This document shows, piece after piece, positions 1 to 11,644 of a stretch of 64,000 bases of DNA (position 1 is its first letter; each line of letters opens with the position of its first letter). Under the pieces are notes generated by a model. That model saw only the letters and a program-made list of their open reading frames with translations, did no database searches and was not told the DNA's origin. The stretch lies in NCBI RefSeq assembly GCF_030028105.1, contig NC_092382.1, positions 88,452,533-88,516,532 of the forward strand. Reading direction: 5' to 3'. Position numbers and translations under genes: made by a program. The stretch comes from Mobula birostris (lineage: Eukaryota).

Positions 1-322
1 TGGAACTGGAGTGATATTTGGAAATCTGACTTTTGAAAACATCATTTAGCAAGCAAATCAGATATGTGTGGTGTGCAAAAGGTCTGGTGAGAAAATCCTT
101 CATCACCCTCTACAAGCCTGCTGCATAGGTTGTGTGAGAGTGCAAATGAACTTGATCAAACCCAGAGGAGATCTAAGTTCTTATTGACAGTGATTTGCTA
201 GCTGTTAAAATAAATACCCCTCTATTTAAAATTCAGTGTGCACATGTTGCTATCACTGGGTAAAAATTGCACAGCACAAGATTTTTCAGCACACCAGTCA
301 TTACAAATTTGAGGGGACATTG
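1..322 (+). mobile_element. hAT transposon relic (TTF-type zinc-finger transposase fragment plus terminus), copy A
   Basis: Paralogous to 13490-13950; ends in the TIR-like ttgaggggacattg. Confidence 0.6.
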
Positions 323-670
323 GTGGGAAGGTGGGGAGACCTCCAGTGTCCCTGATGCCCTCACCTACAAGATGTGCATCCAGCTGCAGCTTGTAACCCT
401 GCACGTTAGGGAGTTGGAACTCGAAATGGATGAACTCCAGATCATTTGGGAGTTGAAGGGGGTGATAGATATGACATGAAGAGAGGTGAGTTACACCCAA
501 GGTGCAGGACACAGGAAACTGGGTGAGAGTCAGGAACGGGAATGAGGTTAAATAGCCATTGCAGAGTACTCTTGTTGCTGTCCCGCACAACAACAGGTGG
601 ACCACTTTAGAAACTGTCGGGGGGCACTACCTGGCAGAGGGAATTCAAAGGGCTGATAGTGGAAAATGAT
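323..670 (+). mobile_element. CR1 LINE ORF1 fragment (resumes about 1425-1556)
   Basis: WEGGETSSVPDALTYKMCIQLQLVTLHVRELELEMDELQII resembles the CR1 ORF1 zinc-finger/leucine-zipper region. Confidence 0.75.
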
Positions 671-675
671 AGTAT

Positions 676-1425
676 AATGTGAAAAAGACTAAGGAGCTGG
701 TGGTAGACCTGAGGAGAGCTAAGGTACGGATGACTCCTGTTTCCATCCAGGGGGTCAGTGTGGACATGGTGGAGGATTACAAATACCTGGGGGTACGATT
801 TGACAATAAACTGGACTGGTCAAAGAACACTGAGGCTGTCTACAAGAAGGGTCAGAGCCGTCTCTATTTCCTGAGGAGACTGAGGCCCTTTAACATCCGC
901 CGGACGATGCTGAGGATGTTCTACGAGTCTGTGGTGGCCAGTGCTATCATGTTTGCTGTTGTGTGCTGGGGCAGCAGGCTGAGGGTAGCAGCCACCAGCA
1001 GAATCAACAAACTCATTCGTAAGGCCAGTGATGTTGTGGGGATGGAACTGGACTCTCTCACGGTGGTGTCTGAAAAGAGGATGCTGTCTAAGTTGCATGC
1101 CATCTTGGTCAATGTCCCCCATCCACTACATAATGTACTGGGTGGGCACAGGAGTACATTCAGCCAGAGACTTATTCCACCGAGATGCAGCACAGAGCAT
1201 CATAGGAAGTCATTCCTAACTGTGGCCATCAAACTTTTCAACTCCTCCCTTGGAGGGTCAGACACCCTGAGCCAATAGGCTGGTCCTGGACTTATTTCCT
1301 GACATAGTTTACATATTACTATTTAACTATTTATGGTTCTATTACTATTTAATTATTTATGGTGCAACTGTAACAAAAACCAATTTACCCCGGGATCAAT
1401 AAAGTATGACTATGACTATGACTAA
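676..1425 (+). mobile_element. 5'-truncated Rex1/Babar-type LINE, specific to copy A
   Basis: ORF 679-1278 (KTKELVVD...YKYLG...KKGQSRLYFLRRL) is the RT C-terminus. It has aataaa plus a (tatgac)n tail and is absent at the paralogous sites near 14310 and 44465. Confidence 0.85.
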
Positions 1426-1556
1426 TATCCTAGTGGTAAGGCTTGCTTTTGCTAGTGTTTGTGGGGGGGGGGGGGGGGGGCAGTGGTGGGTGGCTGTTTG
1501 AACTAAACTTGCATGGGGAATGGGAGCCAGAATGACAGAACAGAGAGTGGAGAGGG

Positions 1557-1730
1557 TGAATCGAATTGACTTTATTATTTATATCTTTCATATACCTGAG
1601 GAGTAAAATCTTTATGTTTTGTCTCCATCTGAATGTGCAGTGTGCAATTTGTAGTAATTTATACTAAGTCGTTTGTAGATAGGACAGTCAATATAACATG
1701 GAAATGCAGTTGTATCAGCATGAATTAATA
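1557..1730 (-). mobile_element. Rex/Babar LINE 3' tail fragment
   Basis: Minus strand reads aataaagtcaattc; a longer version lies at 14410-15160. Confidence 0.65.
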
Positions 1731-1734
1731 CCAG

Positions 1735-2160
1735 TTTCCCCTTCCAATCAAGTTTGGCCAGCTTCTCTGTCAAAGAATCATGGGGAAGTTCAGTACAGAA
1801 ACAGGCCATTTGTCCCGTCTAGACAATGCTGAAAACATTTAAGCTGTCTGATGCAATGAGCTGCACTGGGACCATAGCCGTCCATACCCTACCATCCAGG
1901 TACCTATCCAAACTTCTCTTAAACGCTGAAATCGAGCTCACGTGCACCACTTGTGCTGGCATCTCATTCCATACTCTCACATTCAATTCAGGGAAGAGGT
2001 TTTCCACATGTTCCCATTAAATTTTCGTTAGATGGGCCACTTACCCCTGACCTCTGGTTGTCATCCCACCCAACATCAGTGGAAAAAGCTGCTTGCTTGT
2101 ACCCTATCGACACCTTCCTAATTTTATATACTTCCAAAACATCCTCAAAGCAATGTATAA
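1735..2160 (-). mobile_element. CR1 LINE 3' fragment
   Basis: Minus-strand RVWNEMPAQVV...FKRSLDRYLDG matches the CR1 ORF2 C-terminus. Confidence 0.75.
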
Positions 2161-2189
2161 TTTCCTTAGTTATGCCTAGAGCCTTTTTC

Positions 2190-2555
2190 AGGTGTATAAG
2201 ATGATGAGGGGCATTGATCGTGTGGATAGCCAGAGGTTTTTCTCCCAGGGCTGAAATGGCTAACAGCAGAGGGCATGGATTTAAGGTGCTTGGAAATAGG
2301 TACCGAGGGGATGTCATGGGTATGTTTTATTACACAGAGAGTGATGGGTGCGTGGAATTCACTGCCAGCGGTGGTGGTCGAGGCAGATACAATAGGGTCT
2401 TTTAACAGTCTCTTAGATAGGTACATGGAGCTTAGAAAAATAGAGAGCTATGCACTAGGGAAAGTCTAGGCAGTTTCTAGAGTAAGTTACATGGTCGGCA
2501 TAACATTTTGGGCTGAATGGCCTGGAATATGCTGTAGATTTCTATGTTCTATGTT
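2190..2555 (+). mobile_element. CR1 LINE 3' end
   Basis: TQRVMGAWNSLPAVVVEADTIGSF motif and a ttctatgttctatg tail. Confidence 0.8.
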
Positions 2556-3500
2556 GAACAGCGAAATCACTTTGGCTCTCCTACAATCCTCTGATAACTC
2601 CCTCATCACTAAGGATGATTTAATTATTTCTTCTCGGGCCCTGTCAATTTCTACACTTGCCTCCGGTAGGGTCCTAGGTCCTTGTCATGCCCTGGAGATT
2701 TATCCACCCTAATCTGCCTCAGCATAGCAAGCATCTCCTCTTCTTTAATCTGTGCAGGGTCCACGATTTTAACACCGCTCTTCCACACTCCCATAGACCC
2801 TGTGTCCATCTCCTAAGTAAACAGAGAAGAAAAAAAATGTTTAAGATCTCCCCCACCTGCTTTGCTTCCACACGTGGATTGCCATTCCGGTCTTCCAGAG
2901 GACCAACTTTGTTACTTCTAATCCTTTTGCTCTCAATTTATCTGTAGAATCCCTGAGGGTTATCCTTCATCTTTTCTGTGAGGGCAATCACATGCCTTCT
3001 TTTAGCCATCCTAATTTATATCTTACTTGTTCTCTTGCATTTCTTATACTCCATAAGAATCTACCTGCTTATCCCTGTTATGGAACTCCATTTTGTGCTT
3101 CACCAGGGTCTCAATACCCCTTGAAAACCAAGAGATACAGTTTCTAACTTTACGTTTTATTCTGACAAGCACATACCCGCATTGTACTCTCAAAATTTCG
3201 CTTTGAAGGCCTCCCATTTACCAAGCACACCTTTGCCATAAAGCAGCCTGTCCCAGTCCACAGTTGCCAGATCCTAGTGTCATAATTCCAGGTGTTGATC
3301 CATGCCCTGAACACATCGGCCTTTCCTACGCTGCTCCCTGTATTGAAATATACAGGATTGAGCATATTCACTGCACCATGCTCACCTTTTTCATTCCTGA
3401 CTTTGTCTGAGGACTGAACAACATCTGTCTCCACAACCCCTCCACTATCTGTTCTGTCATTCAGGCTCCCATTCCCCCTGTAACTTTAGTTTAACCCCCC
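2556..3500 (-). mobile_element. Internally deleted CR1 fragment (ORF1/ORF2 junction, endonuclease start and tether)
   Basis: VYFNTGSSVGKADVFRAWI resembles the CR1 APE N-terminus. Confidence 0.7.
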
Positions 3501-3544
3501 CCCCCCCCACCCCCACCTCCCACCATGCAGCTCTATCACCCCTT

Positions 3545-5466
3545 TGGCTTTCATCTCCCAGATCAATAAAAAGGAGGTGCATACCAGGTACATGCAGATA
3601 GGAACAAATAGAAATACAGGAAATTCAAGTGAACACTTATGAAAGAAATAAAAGAAGGCATGAGGTTGCCCCAGCAGACAAGGTGAAGGAGAATCCTCAG
3701 GGACTCTGCAGATATGTTAAGAGCAAAAAGGTTGCAAGGGACAAAATTAATCCTCTGGAAGATCAAAATGGTAACCCATATGAGGAGACAAAATAGATGG
3801 GGGAGATTTTTTTTCGCAGCCGTATTTACTCAGGAGATGGATACAGAGTCTATAGAAGTGAGGCAAAGCAGCATCAACTTCATGGACCCTGTACAGATTA
3901 CAGAGGTGGAGGTGTTTGCTGTCTCAAGGCAAATTACCATGGATAAATCCCCAGCACCTGACAAGTTATTCCCTGGGACCCTGCGGAAGACAAGTGCAGA
4001 AATTTTTGGAGCCCAAGCACAGATATTTAGAACATTCTCAGTGACAGGTGAGGTACTGGAGGATTAGAGGACAGCCAATGTTGTTCCGCTGTTCAAGAAA
4101 GGCTCTGAAAATAAACGAGGAAATTCTTTGTTGGTGAGCTTGACATCAGTAGTGTGAAAGTTATTGGAACATATATGCAGGAACCGGATATATAAGTATT
4201 TGGATAGATGTCGACTGATTAAGGATAGACAGCATGGCTTTGTGCATGGTAGTTCATGTCTAACCAATCTAATAGAGTCTCTCGAGGAAGTTATCAGGAA
4301 AGTGGATGAAGGCAAGAGAGTGGATGGTGTCTACATGGACTTTAGCAAGGCACTTGACAAAATCTCATATGGGAGGTTGGTCAAGAAGGTTCAGTCACTC
4401 AGCATTCAAGATGAGATAGTAAATTGGATGAGACCCTGTCTTCGGGAGAAGCCAGACTGTGGTAGCAGATGGTTGCCTCTCTGACTGGAGACCTGTGACT
4501 AGTGGTGTGCCACAGGGATCAGTGCTGGATCTGTTGTTGTTTGTTATCTATATCAGTAATCTGGATGATAACATGGTTAGCTGGATCAGCAAATTTGTGG
4601 ATGAAACCAAGACTAGGGGTGTAGTGCGAGGAATACTATCATGGCTTGCAATGCGATCTGAACCCGCTGGAAAAATGGGTAGAGAAATGGAAAATGGAAG
4701 TTCATGCAGACAAGTGTGAGGTGTTGCGCTTTGGTAGGACCTACCAGGGTAGGTCTTACACAGTGACTGGTAGGGCACTGAGATGTGTTGTTGAAGAAAG
4801 GGATCTGGGAATACAGGTCTATAATTCACTGAAAGTGGTGTCACAGTTCAATAGGAATGGAAAGAATGATTTTGGCATATTGCCCTTTAAAACCAAAGTA
4901 TTGAGTATAGGAGATGGATGTTATGTTGATGTTGTACAAGACATTGGTGAGGCCTAATTTGGAGTATTGTGTGCAGTTTGGTCACCAACCTGCAGGAAAG
5001 ATGTAAAAGAGGTTGAAAGAGTTCAGAGAAAACTCACAAGGATGTTGCCAGGTCTGGAGAACTTGGGTCATAAAGAAAGATTGAACATGTCAGGACTTTA
5101 TTACTTGGAACGTAGAAGATTGAGGGGAGATTTGATGGAGTTATAACACAATTATGAGGGGTATGGATGGGGTAAATGCAAGCTGGCTTTTACCACTGAG
5201 ATTGAGTGGGACTACAACCAGAGGCCATGGGTTAAGGGTGAAAGGTGAAACGTTAAGGGGAACAAGAGGGGAAACATCTTCACACAGACGGTTAACCAGG
5301 TGTGGAATGAGCAGCCAGCACAAGTGGTGCATGCAAGCTCAATTTCAACACTTAAGAGGTTTGTATAGGTACCTGGATGGTAGGGGTATGGGTGTAGAAA
5401 GTTTAAATAGTTCAGCACAAACTAGATGGGCCAAAGGGCCTGTTTCTGTGTTGTACTTTTCTATGA
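3545..5466 (+). mobile_element. Decayed 5'-truncated CR1 (RT domain to 3' tail)
   Basis: Frameshifted ORFs with QHGF, YMDFSKA, SGVPQGSVL and KFVD motifs; tail ttctatgac. Confidence 0.9.
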
Positions 5467-5968
5467 CTGTGACAAGAACCTTAAATTATACCAATATTCA
5501 CTCTAATTCCTTTTAACGGCTGTGCAGACCAACCATACATCTGAGTAGGAGATATTTATATGGCGTTAAAACTGCGGCACTTTAAATTAACAGTACATAA
5601 AAGAAAATCTCAGCTGCACGTCAACAAAGGCTATTTGTGTGAGAGTGTTTCAGTTACTGTGGAGCCAGGCACCCATGCAGCTCAGTGGGAAGAGGGAATA
5701 ATACCAATGGAGAGAGTCAAACTGAGCCAGGTCACAGATTGGAGATGGCGGAAATGCCCCATACTTAAAGAGACAGGAAGAGCATCAGAGAGTTTGATGG
5801 TCATTTGAGATACCAGCACTGTGCCCAGTTAGAAGATGATTTCTCTCTCCAACTTGGGTTGAACCTCACTGTAACAGTGTGATGTCAGATCATTCCTTGG
5901 CAAATCAAGTGATCTCATCTGAAATGTTTTCCTTCACCCATTGATGGATTTTGTAAATCTTTTTACAG

Positions 5969-6366
5969 GTTAGACATGACACGGAATGTGGGAATCTCGA
6001 ACGCAGCACTCCAGTTTTGCTGTCTCTGTGCAGATATTTAAGTGGAGCAAGGGATTCACTCGATCATCCTTCCTGCTCAGACCGTGGGGAGGGATTCACT
6101 CGATCATCTGACCGACTGGCACACCTGTCATTTTACACAGGAGAGATCCCATTCATCTGCTCAGACAGTGGGTTGGATTGACTCGATCATTTGAACTGAA
6201 GGTACATCAGCAGGTTCACTCTGGGACAAGGCCATTCATCTGTTCTGTGTGTGAGAAGGGATTCAGTCAGTCTTCCCACCTGTGGACACACCAGTCAGTT
6301 CACACCGGGCAGAGGCTGTTCATCTGCTGAATTTGTGGGGAAGGATTCACTCCGTCATCTGACCTA
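5969..6366 (+). other. 5' part of finger exon A: splice acceptor plus degenerate fingers ending in an in-frame TGA (6328)
   Basis: ttttacag|G acceptor is conserved, with exon starts at 20418, 30283(-), 42127(-) and 60590. Frameshifted finger repeats follow. Confidence 0.7.
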
Positions 6367-7320
6367 ATGGCTCACAAGCGAGTCCACACCGGGGAGGGGC
6401 CATTCACCTGCTCGGACTGTGGGAAAGGATTCAATAAATCATCTAAGTTGAAGGTACATCAGCGAGTTCACACTGGAGAGAGGCCATTCACCTGCTCAGA
6501 CTGTGGGAAGGGATTCACTCAGTCATCTCAGCTACTGATACATCAGTCAGTTCACACTGCAGAGAGGGATTTCACCTGCTCAGATTGTGGGAAGAGATTC
6601 CCTCACTCTTCCACCCTACAGAGACACCAGCGAGTTCACACTGGGGAGAGGCCGTTCACCTGCTCAGTCTGTGGGAAGAGATTCTCTCGGTCATCCCACC
6701 TACAGAGTCATCAGCGAGTTCACACTGGGGAGAAGCCGTTCACCTGCTCAGACTGTGGGAAGGGATTCACTCGATCATCCAACCTACAGATACACCAGCG
6801 AGTTCACACTGGGGAGAGACCATTCACCTGCTCAGACTGTGGGAAGGGATTCTATCAGTCATCTACCCTACAGAGACACCAGCGAGTTCACACTGGGGAG
6901 AAGCCGTTCACCTGCTCAGACTGTGGAAAGGGATTCACTGAATCATCCACCCTATTGGCACACCAGTCACTTCACACTGGGGAGTGGCGGTTCTCCTGCT
7001 CAGAATGTGGGAAAGGATTCAATCAGTCTTCCAAACTACTGGCACACCAGTCAGTTCACACCGGGGAGTGGCCATTCACCTGCTGTGAATGTGGGAAGGG
7101 ATTCACTCGGTCATCCAAATTACTGGCACACCAGCGAGTTCACACTGGGGAGAGGCCGTTCACCTGCTGTGAATGTGAGAAGGAATTCGCACGGCCATCT
7201 GATCTACAGATACACCAGCGAGTTCACACCGGGGAGAGGCCGTTCACCTGCTGTGAATGTGGGAAGAGATTCACTCGATCATCTCATCTACTGAGACACC
7301 AGCGAGTTCACCCTGGGTAG
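6367..7320 (+). CDS. C2H2 zinc-finger protein A, 11 tandem fingers, no effector domain seen
   Basis: CxxC-x12-HxxxH repeats with TGERPF linkers; open for 317 aa. Confidence 0.85.
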   Translation: MAHKRVHTGEGPFTCSDCGKGFNKSSKLKVHQRVHTGERPFTCSDCGKGFTQSSQLLIHQSVHTAERDFTCSDCGKRFPHSSTLQRHQRVHTGERPFTCSVCGKRFSRSSHLQSHQRVHTGEKPFTCSDCGKGFTRSSNLQIHQRVHTGERPFTCSDCGKGFYQSSTLQRHQRVHTGEKPFTCSDCGKGFTESSTLLAHQSLHTGEWRFSCSECGKGFNQSSKLLAHQSVHTGEWPFTCCECGKGFTRSSKLLAHQRVHTGERPFTCCECEKEFARPSDLQIHQRVHTGERPFTCCECGKRFTRSSHLLRHQRVHPG

Positions 7321-7696
7321 AGGCCAATCACCGGCTCAGACTTTGGGAGGAGATTCTCTCAGCCATCTTCACCAAATGTGCATCATTCAGTTCACACTGG
7401 GGAGAGGTGGTTCACCTGCTGTGAATGTGGGAAGGGATTCACTCAGTCATCTAACCTTGTGACACATTACTGGGTTCACAATGGGGAGAAAGTTTCAAAA
7501 AGCTGCTTGCTGGATATTTGTCCATCACCGTTGCTGAATGCAATTTCGAGAGTGACTGTCCATGCTGAACTCTACAATTATTGCTGCTGCTCACCACACC
7601 CAGTTCTGCACCCTGGTCACTGGGCATGGGAGGAGTTTCTTCTGCTGCACATTCACCTTTAATGGGACTGGAGTTTAATAATCCGGATCTGAGACA

Positions 7697-7702
7697 AATA
7701 AA
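7697..7702 (+). terminator. Putative poly(A) signal of ZNF A (paralogues 39893-39898 -, 62757-62762 +)
   Basis: aataaa in the conserved aataaatcagttctatttt context downstream of arrays A, D and E. Confidence 0.55.
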
Positions 7703-8369
7703 TCAGTTCTATTTTGAACTCTGTCTCCGGTACTTAGTAAATTTATAACATACCTGGTGTACAGTAGAGAGTCAACTCAGGCCGGCTGGACCCTGCCAGT
7801 GATTCTGTTCCACGACAGTCCTTTTAAATCCTGCCCTGTTGTTCATCTCTCTCTCCCTGTGGTGATGAGTTCCAAACAGTCACCACTCTGTGGGTGAAGA
7901 GGTTTCCCTTGAATTTTCTGCAGACTGAAGAAGTGGAGCTGACTGCAGTTCTGTCTGAGATGTTCTTCCCGCTGAAATCTCTGGACTGAGGAAGAATAAC
8001 ACTGGTAGTTAACCTCCTTAATTACGACTCATTTCCACATTATGGGTCATTTTTCCTGCTTCTAAAGGGTTGTTAGAAAACACCACTGTCCTATAAAGAC
8101 TGAAAGTAGAATGGGAAACCATCAGTTGGACATTCAACGGAGCAGGATCAGAAACCAGAGGCAGGTCTGCACAGGGCAGAGTCTGGGGGTCTGGACAATG
8201 GTCGGGGTAAGAACGTATGATGAGGAGAAGGGAATCAGCAGCGGAGCATGGCAACGAATGACAGAGTAGCAACATTTGGAAGCTGATTGACAGAGAAAAT
8301 CTTTTGTTTGTCTGACGGATGACACAAATAATACCTGTGGTGAGGTGCTCCACTGGTCAAGGAACATGT

Positions 8370-9415
8370 GTGTGTTGGGAATGGTTTTATCTATTGAGCG
8401 AGTTGTTCCTGCTTGTTTATCCTGTCATATTATATCTGGATGGTTATTATGGATTGTCCTATCTGAAATAATGTGTTGATTATCATATAATTTGTAAGAT
8501 TTTGACTGTAAAACTGGATCAGGCTTGAATTTATGGTGCCTTTATGAAGTGATGAAGGGCATTCATGAGTAGGTACTTTAAAGCAAGAATTTGGTGAGTG
8601 ATATTTGCCACTTGATTGTACCTTTGTAAGTAATCAGATTGAGTTAAACTGCTGCAGGATCCTGGAATGTGTTGGATTGTGTCTGGTTTCTCTTAGCATT
8701 TTCTGCACTTACTCTCTTGCTTGTTTGTATTTCATGTATTTTCAATTTTTCTTCCTTTTATTAACCACCTTGTCCTGTATTTCTGCAAGGACCCCCTCTG
8801 TTTCTGGGAAGAGGTCTCCAACTCTCAGTCAGGTGCTCGATGCTTCCTTGTCACCGTCTCGTCTGCTCAGATCATTGGGATGTCCCCCATGGAGGGTCAT
8901 ACTCATTCCACTGGTTAATGTTTTCTTCCATAGTGATGATTCATTTGCCTGAGTTGGTCTCTCATTAAAATTTTCTGGTCTGAATTTCTTATCACGATTG
9001 CATATACACACATGGAGTGCTGAATCCTTTTCATTTTTGATGGAAATATATACCTAGAAGTTTTATCTGACTGTTGTGTGATTTTTGTTTTCATGTGTGT
9101 TTTTTCTCTTCCTCCTTCTGTCCAAGGTAGTGTTAATCTAAGTGGGTTGAGTTTAAATAGTCTTTTCTAAAGTTGTCATTTCAGTTCTTATTTATCTTTG
9201 TAAATTTTACTGATTGAAATGGGACCAAGATATTTTCATTAAAAAAGTCAATGTCGGTATTGGTGAAACTGTTTATTGCTTTTGTTGTATTTGTCAACTA
9301 TTCAGCTCTGTTTGGCAGGTTTTTTTTCAGCCTTGAACTAAATTTTGTCAAAGGTTTTCTCGATTTTGCACTACTTTCTATTGTATTTGCTTGTTGATTT
9401 TCCAGATATGTGGGT
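8370..9415 (-). mobile_element. R4/Dong-like (restriction-like endonuclease) non-LTR retrotransposon relic
   Basis: Manual minus-strand translation gives LHG..DKEAS..LRVGDLFPETEG..IQD, a CRKC..TIQHI..SC zinc knuckle, YNQVANI, KPDPVL and DRTIHNNHPDI..DK..ID. The 9060-9415 part is less certain. Confidence 0.75.
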
Positions 9416-9550
9416 ATCAGGAGTCCCAAAGAAGGGTCTTGGCCCGAAATGTTGATTCCCATGCATAGATGCTGCCTGACATGCTGAGCTCCTCCAGCAC
9501 TTTGTGTGTAGTTCTCTGGATTTCTAGTATCTGCAGGTCCTCTTGTTTCC
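9416..9550 (+). mobile_element. Penelope-like terminal repeat fragment with degenerate hammerhead
   Basis: gaagggtcttggcccgaaatgttga...gatgctgcctgacatgctgagctcctccagca; paralogue at 38075-38200 (-). Confidence 0.65.
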
Positions 9551-9574
9551 CAGATACTTGTATGTTTCTTGAAA

Positions 9575-11178
9575 TAACAAGCCGGTAGTTGGGTTGCGTG
9601 GCTCTGTTGGTAAAATATTAAATAAAATCATTAGAAAGGGGTGGCAAAGGGCTGGAAGGTGTAGAATCTCTGTGGGTACAATTAAGGAAGAGCAAATGTA
9701 AAAATAAAAAAAATCCCTGATGGGAATTGTATAGAGACCCCCAAACAGTAGTGAGTATGTGGTCCACAAATTACAATGGGAGATAGAAAGTGCGTGCCAA
9801 AAGGGCAGTGTTCCAATAGTCATGGGGGATTGTCATGCAGGTGATTAGGAGAATTAGGATGGTGTTGGTCTCGAGGAGGAATTCCGAGAATGCCTACAAG
9901 AAGTTTTTTTTAGAGCAGCTCATGGTTGAGCCCACTTGGGGATCACCTATTCTGGACTGGGTGTTGTAATGAACCGGAATTAACTAGGTCACTTAAGATC
10001 GAATATCCCTTAGGGGCAAGTGATCTTAATATAATCCAATTCACCCGGACATTAGAGGAGAGGCTGAAGTTAGATGTGGAATAAAGAGAATTTGAGAGCA
10101 AGAGAGAAGAATTGGTCAAAATTTAATTTGAAAAGAACATGGGCAGGGATGAAAACAGAGCAGCGATGGCTGGAATTTCTGGAAGGATTTCGGAAGGCAC
10201 AGGATATATAAATCACAAAGTGGAAGTAGTATTCTAAAGGTAAGGTGACAAAACTGTGGCTGATAAAAGAAATCAAAGGCAACATAAAGATCAAAGAGAG
10301 GGCATAGAGCAAAAATTACTAGGAAGTTAGAGGATTAGATTAGATTATGAGGACGCTCAGTCCTCATTTATTGTTATTTAGAACTGCATCCATGCATTAA
10401 GAAATGATACAATGTTCCTCCGGAGTGATACCACAAAAAAAACAGGACAAACCAAAGATTAACACTGACAAGACCACATAATTATAACATACAGTTACAG
10501 CAGTGCAAAGCAATACCATAATTTGATAACGAACAGACCATGGGAATGGTAAAAAAAAACAGATGCAAAGTTCCCATCGACTCCCAATAGTCCTGATAGC
10601 AGGCGGCAGAAGTGAGGAACCCTCTCTGTCATAAACCTCCAGGCACCGACAACTGTTGATGCATTGGAAGCATCCGACCCCAGCCGACTCTGAGTCCGTC
10701 CAAAAAATTCGAGCCTCCAACGAGCCCTTCGACACCGAGCATCGAGCACCATCTCTGCCGAGCACCTCGACCCCATCCCGGCCGCCGAGCAGCAAGCAAA
10801 GCCGAGGACTCCAGGCCTTCCCCTCCGGAGATTCAGGACCACACAGTAACAGTGGCAGCAAAAAAGGCATCTCAGAAGTTTCTCCAGATGTTCCTCCGTT
10901 CTCTCACGTCTGTCTCCATCAAATCAGAATTGTGCACGGCACCCTATTTGACAGATTACAGATATCATTCACCGGAGTGCTGCCATCTTCTCCTCCTCCA
11001 AGATTGGGAAGCTTATAAAAACCAACAGGATGCAACTAAAATAATTAAGAAGGAAAAGATGGAACACATAGGTGAGCGAGCCAGTAATATTAAAGAGGAT
11101 ACCAAATGTTTTTTCAGTTACATACAGCGTAAAAGAGAGGTGAAAGTGGATATCGGACCACTGAAAAATGATGCTGGA
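9575..11178 (+). mobile_element. Old CR1 ORF2 fragment (endonuclease/tether) interrupted at 10333-10999
   Basis: GIVYRPPNS and VMGD motifs; KEDTKCFFSYIQRK; uninterrupted paralogue at about 36850-38030 (-). Confidence 0.75.
10333..10999 (-). mobile_element. Non-autonomous LINE derivative/SINE of about 660 bp, specific to copy A
   Basis: Minus 5' end gaagatggcagc, 3' aataaa plus (tctaa)n tail; empty site gaggattgggaagc in copy D at about 37290. Confidence 0.7.
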
Positions 11179-11269
11179 TGCAAGATCATCCAGCAAGTTG
11201 CTCCATCTACTTGCCTTTTCCCCATAACCCTTGATTCCCTTACTCTGTAATAACCTATCTAACTCGATC

Positions 11270-11640
11270 AGGTTCATGAGGGACTCTTGCTGTCAGATTC
11301 TGCAGTTCTTGCGGCTGTTCATCGCACCCAGGACTGAACCCTGGTCACTGAGCATTGGAGGAGCCTGTTCTGCTGATGTTAGCCTTAAACTAGACTGGTG
11401 TTTAATATTGTGGATCTGTGAAAGATAAATCAGTTCTGTGTCAAATCCCGTGTCACAAGTACTTACTCTCTCTACCACACTCACAATGTACACTAGAGAG
11501 GCCACTCAGTCCATCTGGTCCCTGCCCATGTTTCTGTTCCATATTTTAAAATCCATCTCTGACGTTCCTCTCTCTCTCCCTCCCTGTGATGACAAGTTGC
11601 AACTAGGCACCACTCCGTGGGAGAAGAGATTTCCCTTTAA
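11270..11640 (+). pseudogene. Diverged relic of a ZNF 3' UTR/poly(A) region (paralogue 47735-48135 -)
   Basis: cacccaggactgaaccctggtcactgagcattggaggag and gtttaatattgtggatctgtgaaagataaatcagttct align by eye to 7596-7710. Confidence 0.6.
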
Positions 11641-11644
11641 TTTT

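Larger units (their letters stand above)
1..11180 (+). repeat. Segmental duplication cassette copy A (5' part outside window)
   Basis: Position 1 (tggaactggagtgatatttggaaatctgac) recurs at about 13630 and inverted at about 45130. The same TE mosaic, finger exon and 3' region recur in B-E. Confidence 0.9.

Noticed and set aside
1464-1480. Poly-G/poly-C tracts (also 3496-3520, 44418, 44665)
   Set aside because: Slippage of G-runs within CR1 ORF1-region fragments.
5560-5808. Recurrent ORF MALKL..MERVKLSQVTDW as an effector domain
   Set aside because: It is frameshifted in B and E, 5'-deleted in D, has no known motif and no in-frame link to the fingers. Similarity is explained by recent duplication, though it could be a UTR exon.
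6328-6330. Shared in-frame TGA as a selenocysteine codon
   Set aside because: It sits at the Ser (TCA) position between the cysteines, the upstream frame is broken in several copies, and no SECIS was recognised.
6585-7294. Long alternative-frame ORFs over finger arrays (also 20944-21318, 29197-29736, 61504-61866)
   Set aside because: Shadow frames of the 84-bp finger repeat; they are broken at different places in each paralogue.
6367-7320. CRISPR-like or satellite array
   Set aside because: The 84-bp periodicity is coding zinc-finger repeat in eukaryotic DNA; there are no cas genes.
9416-9460. Additional active hammerheads (9420, 12455, 36700, 38170, 46210)
   Set aside because: The core CUGANGA or GAAA is mutated in each.
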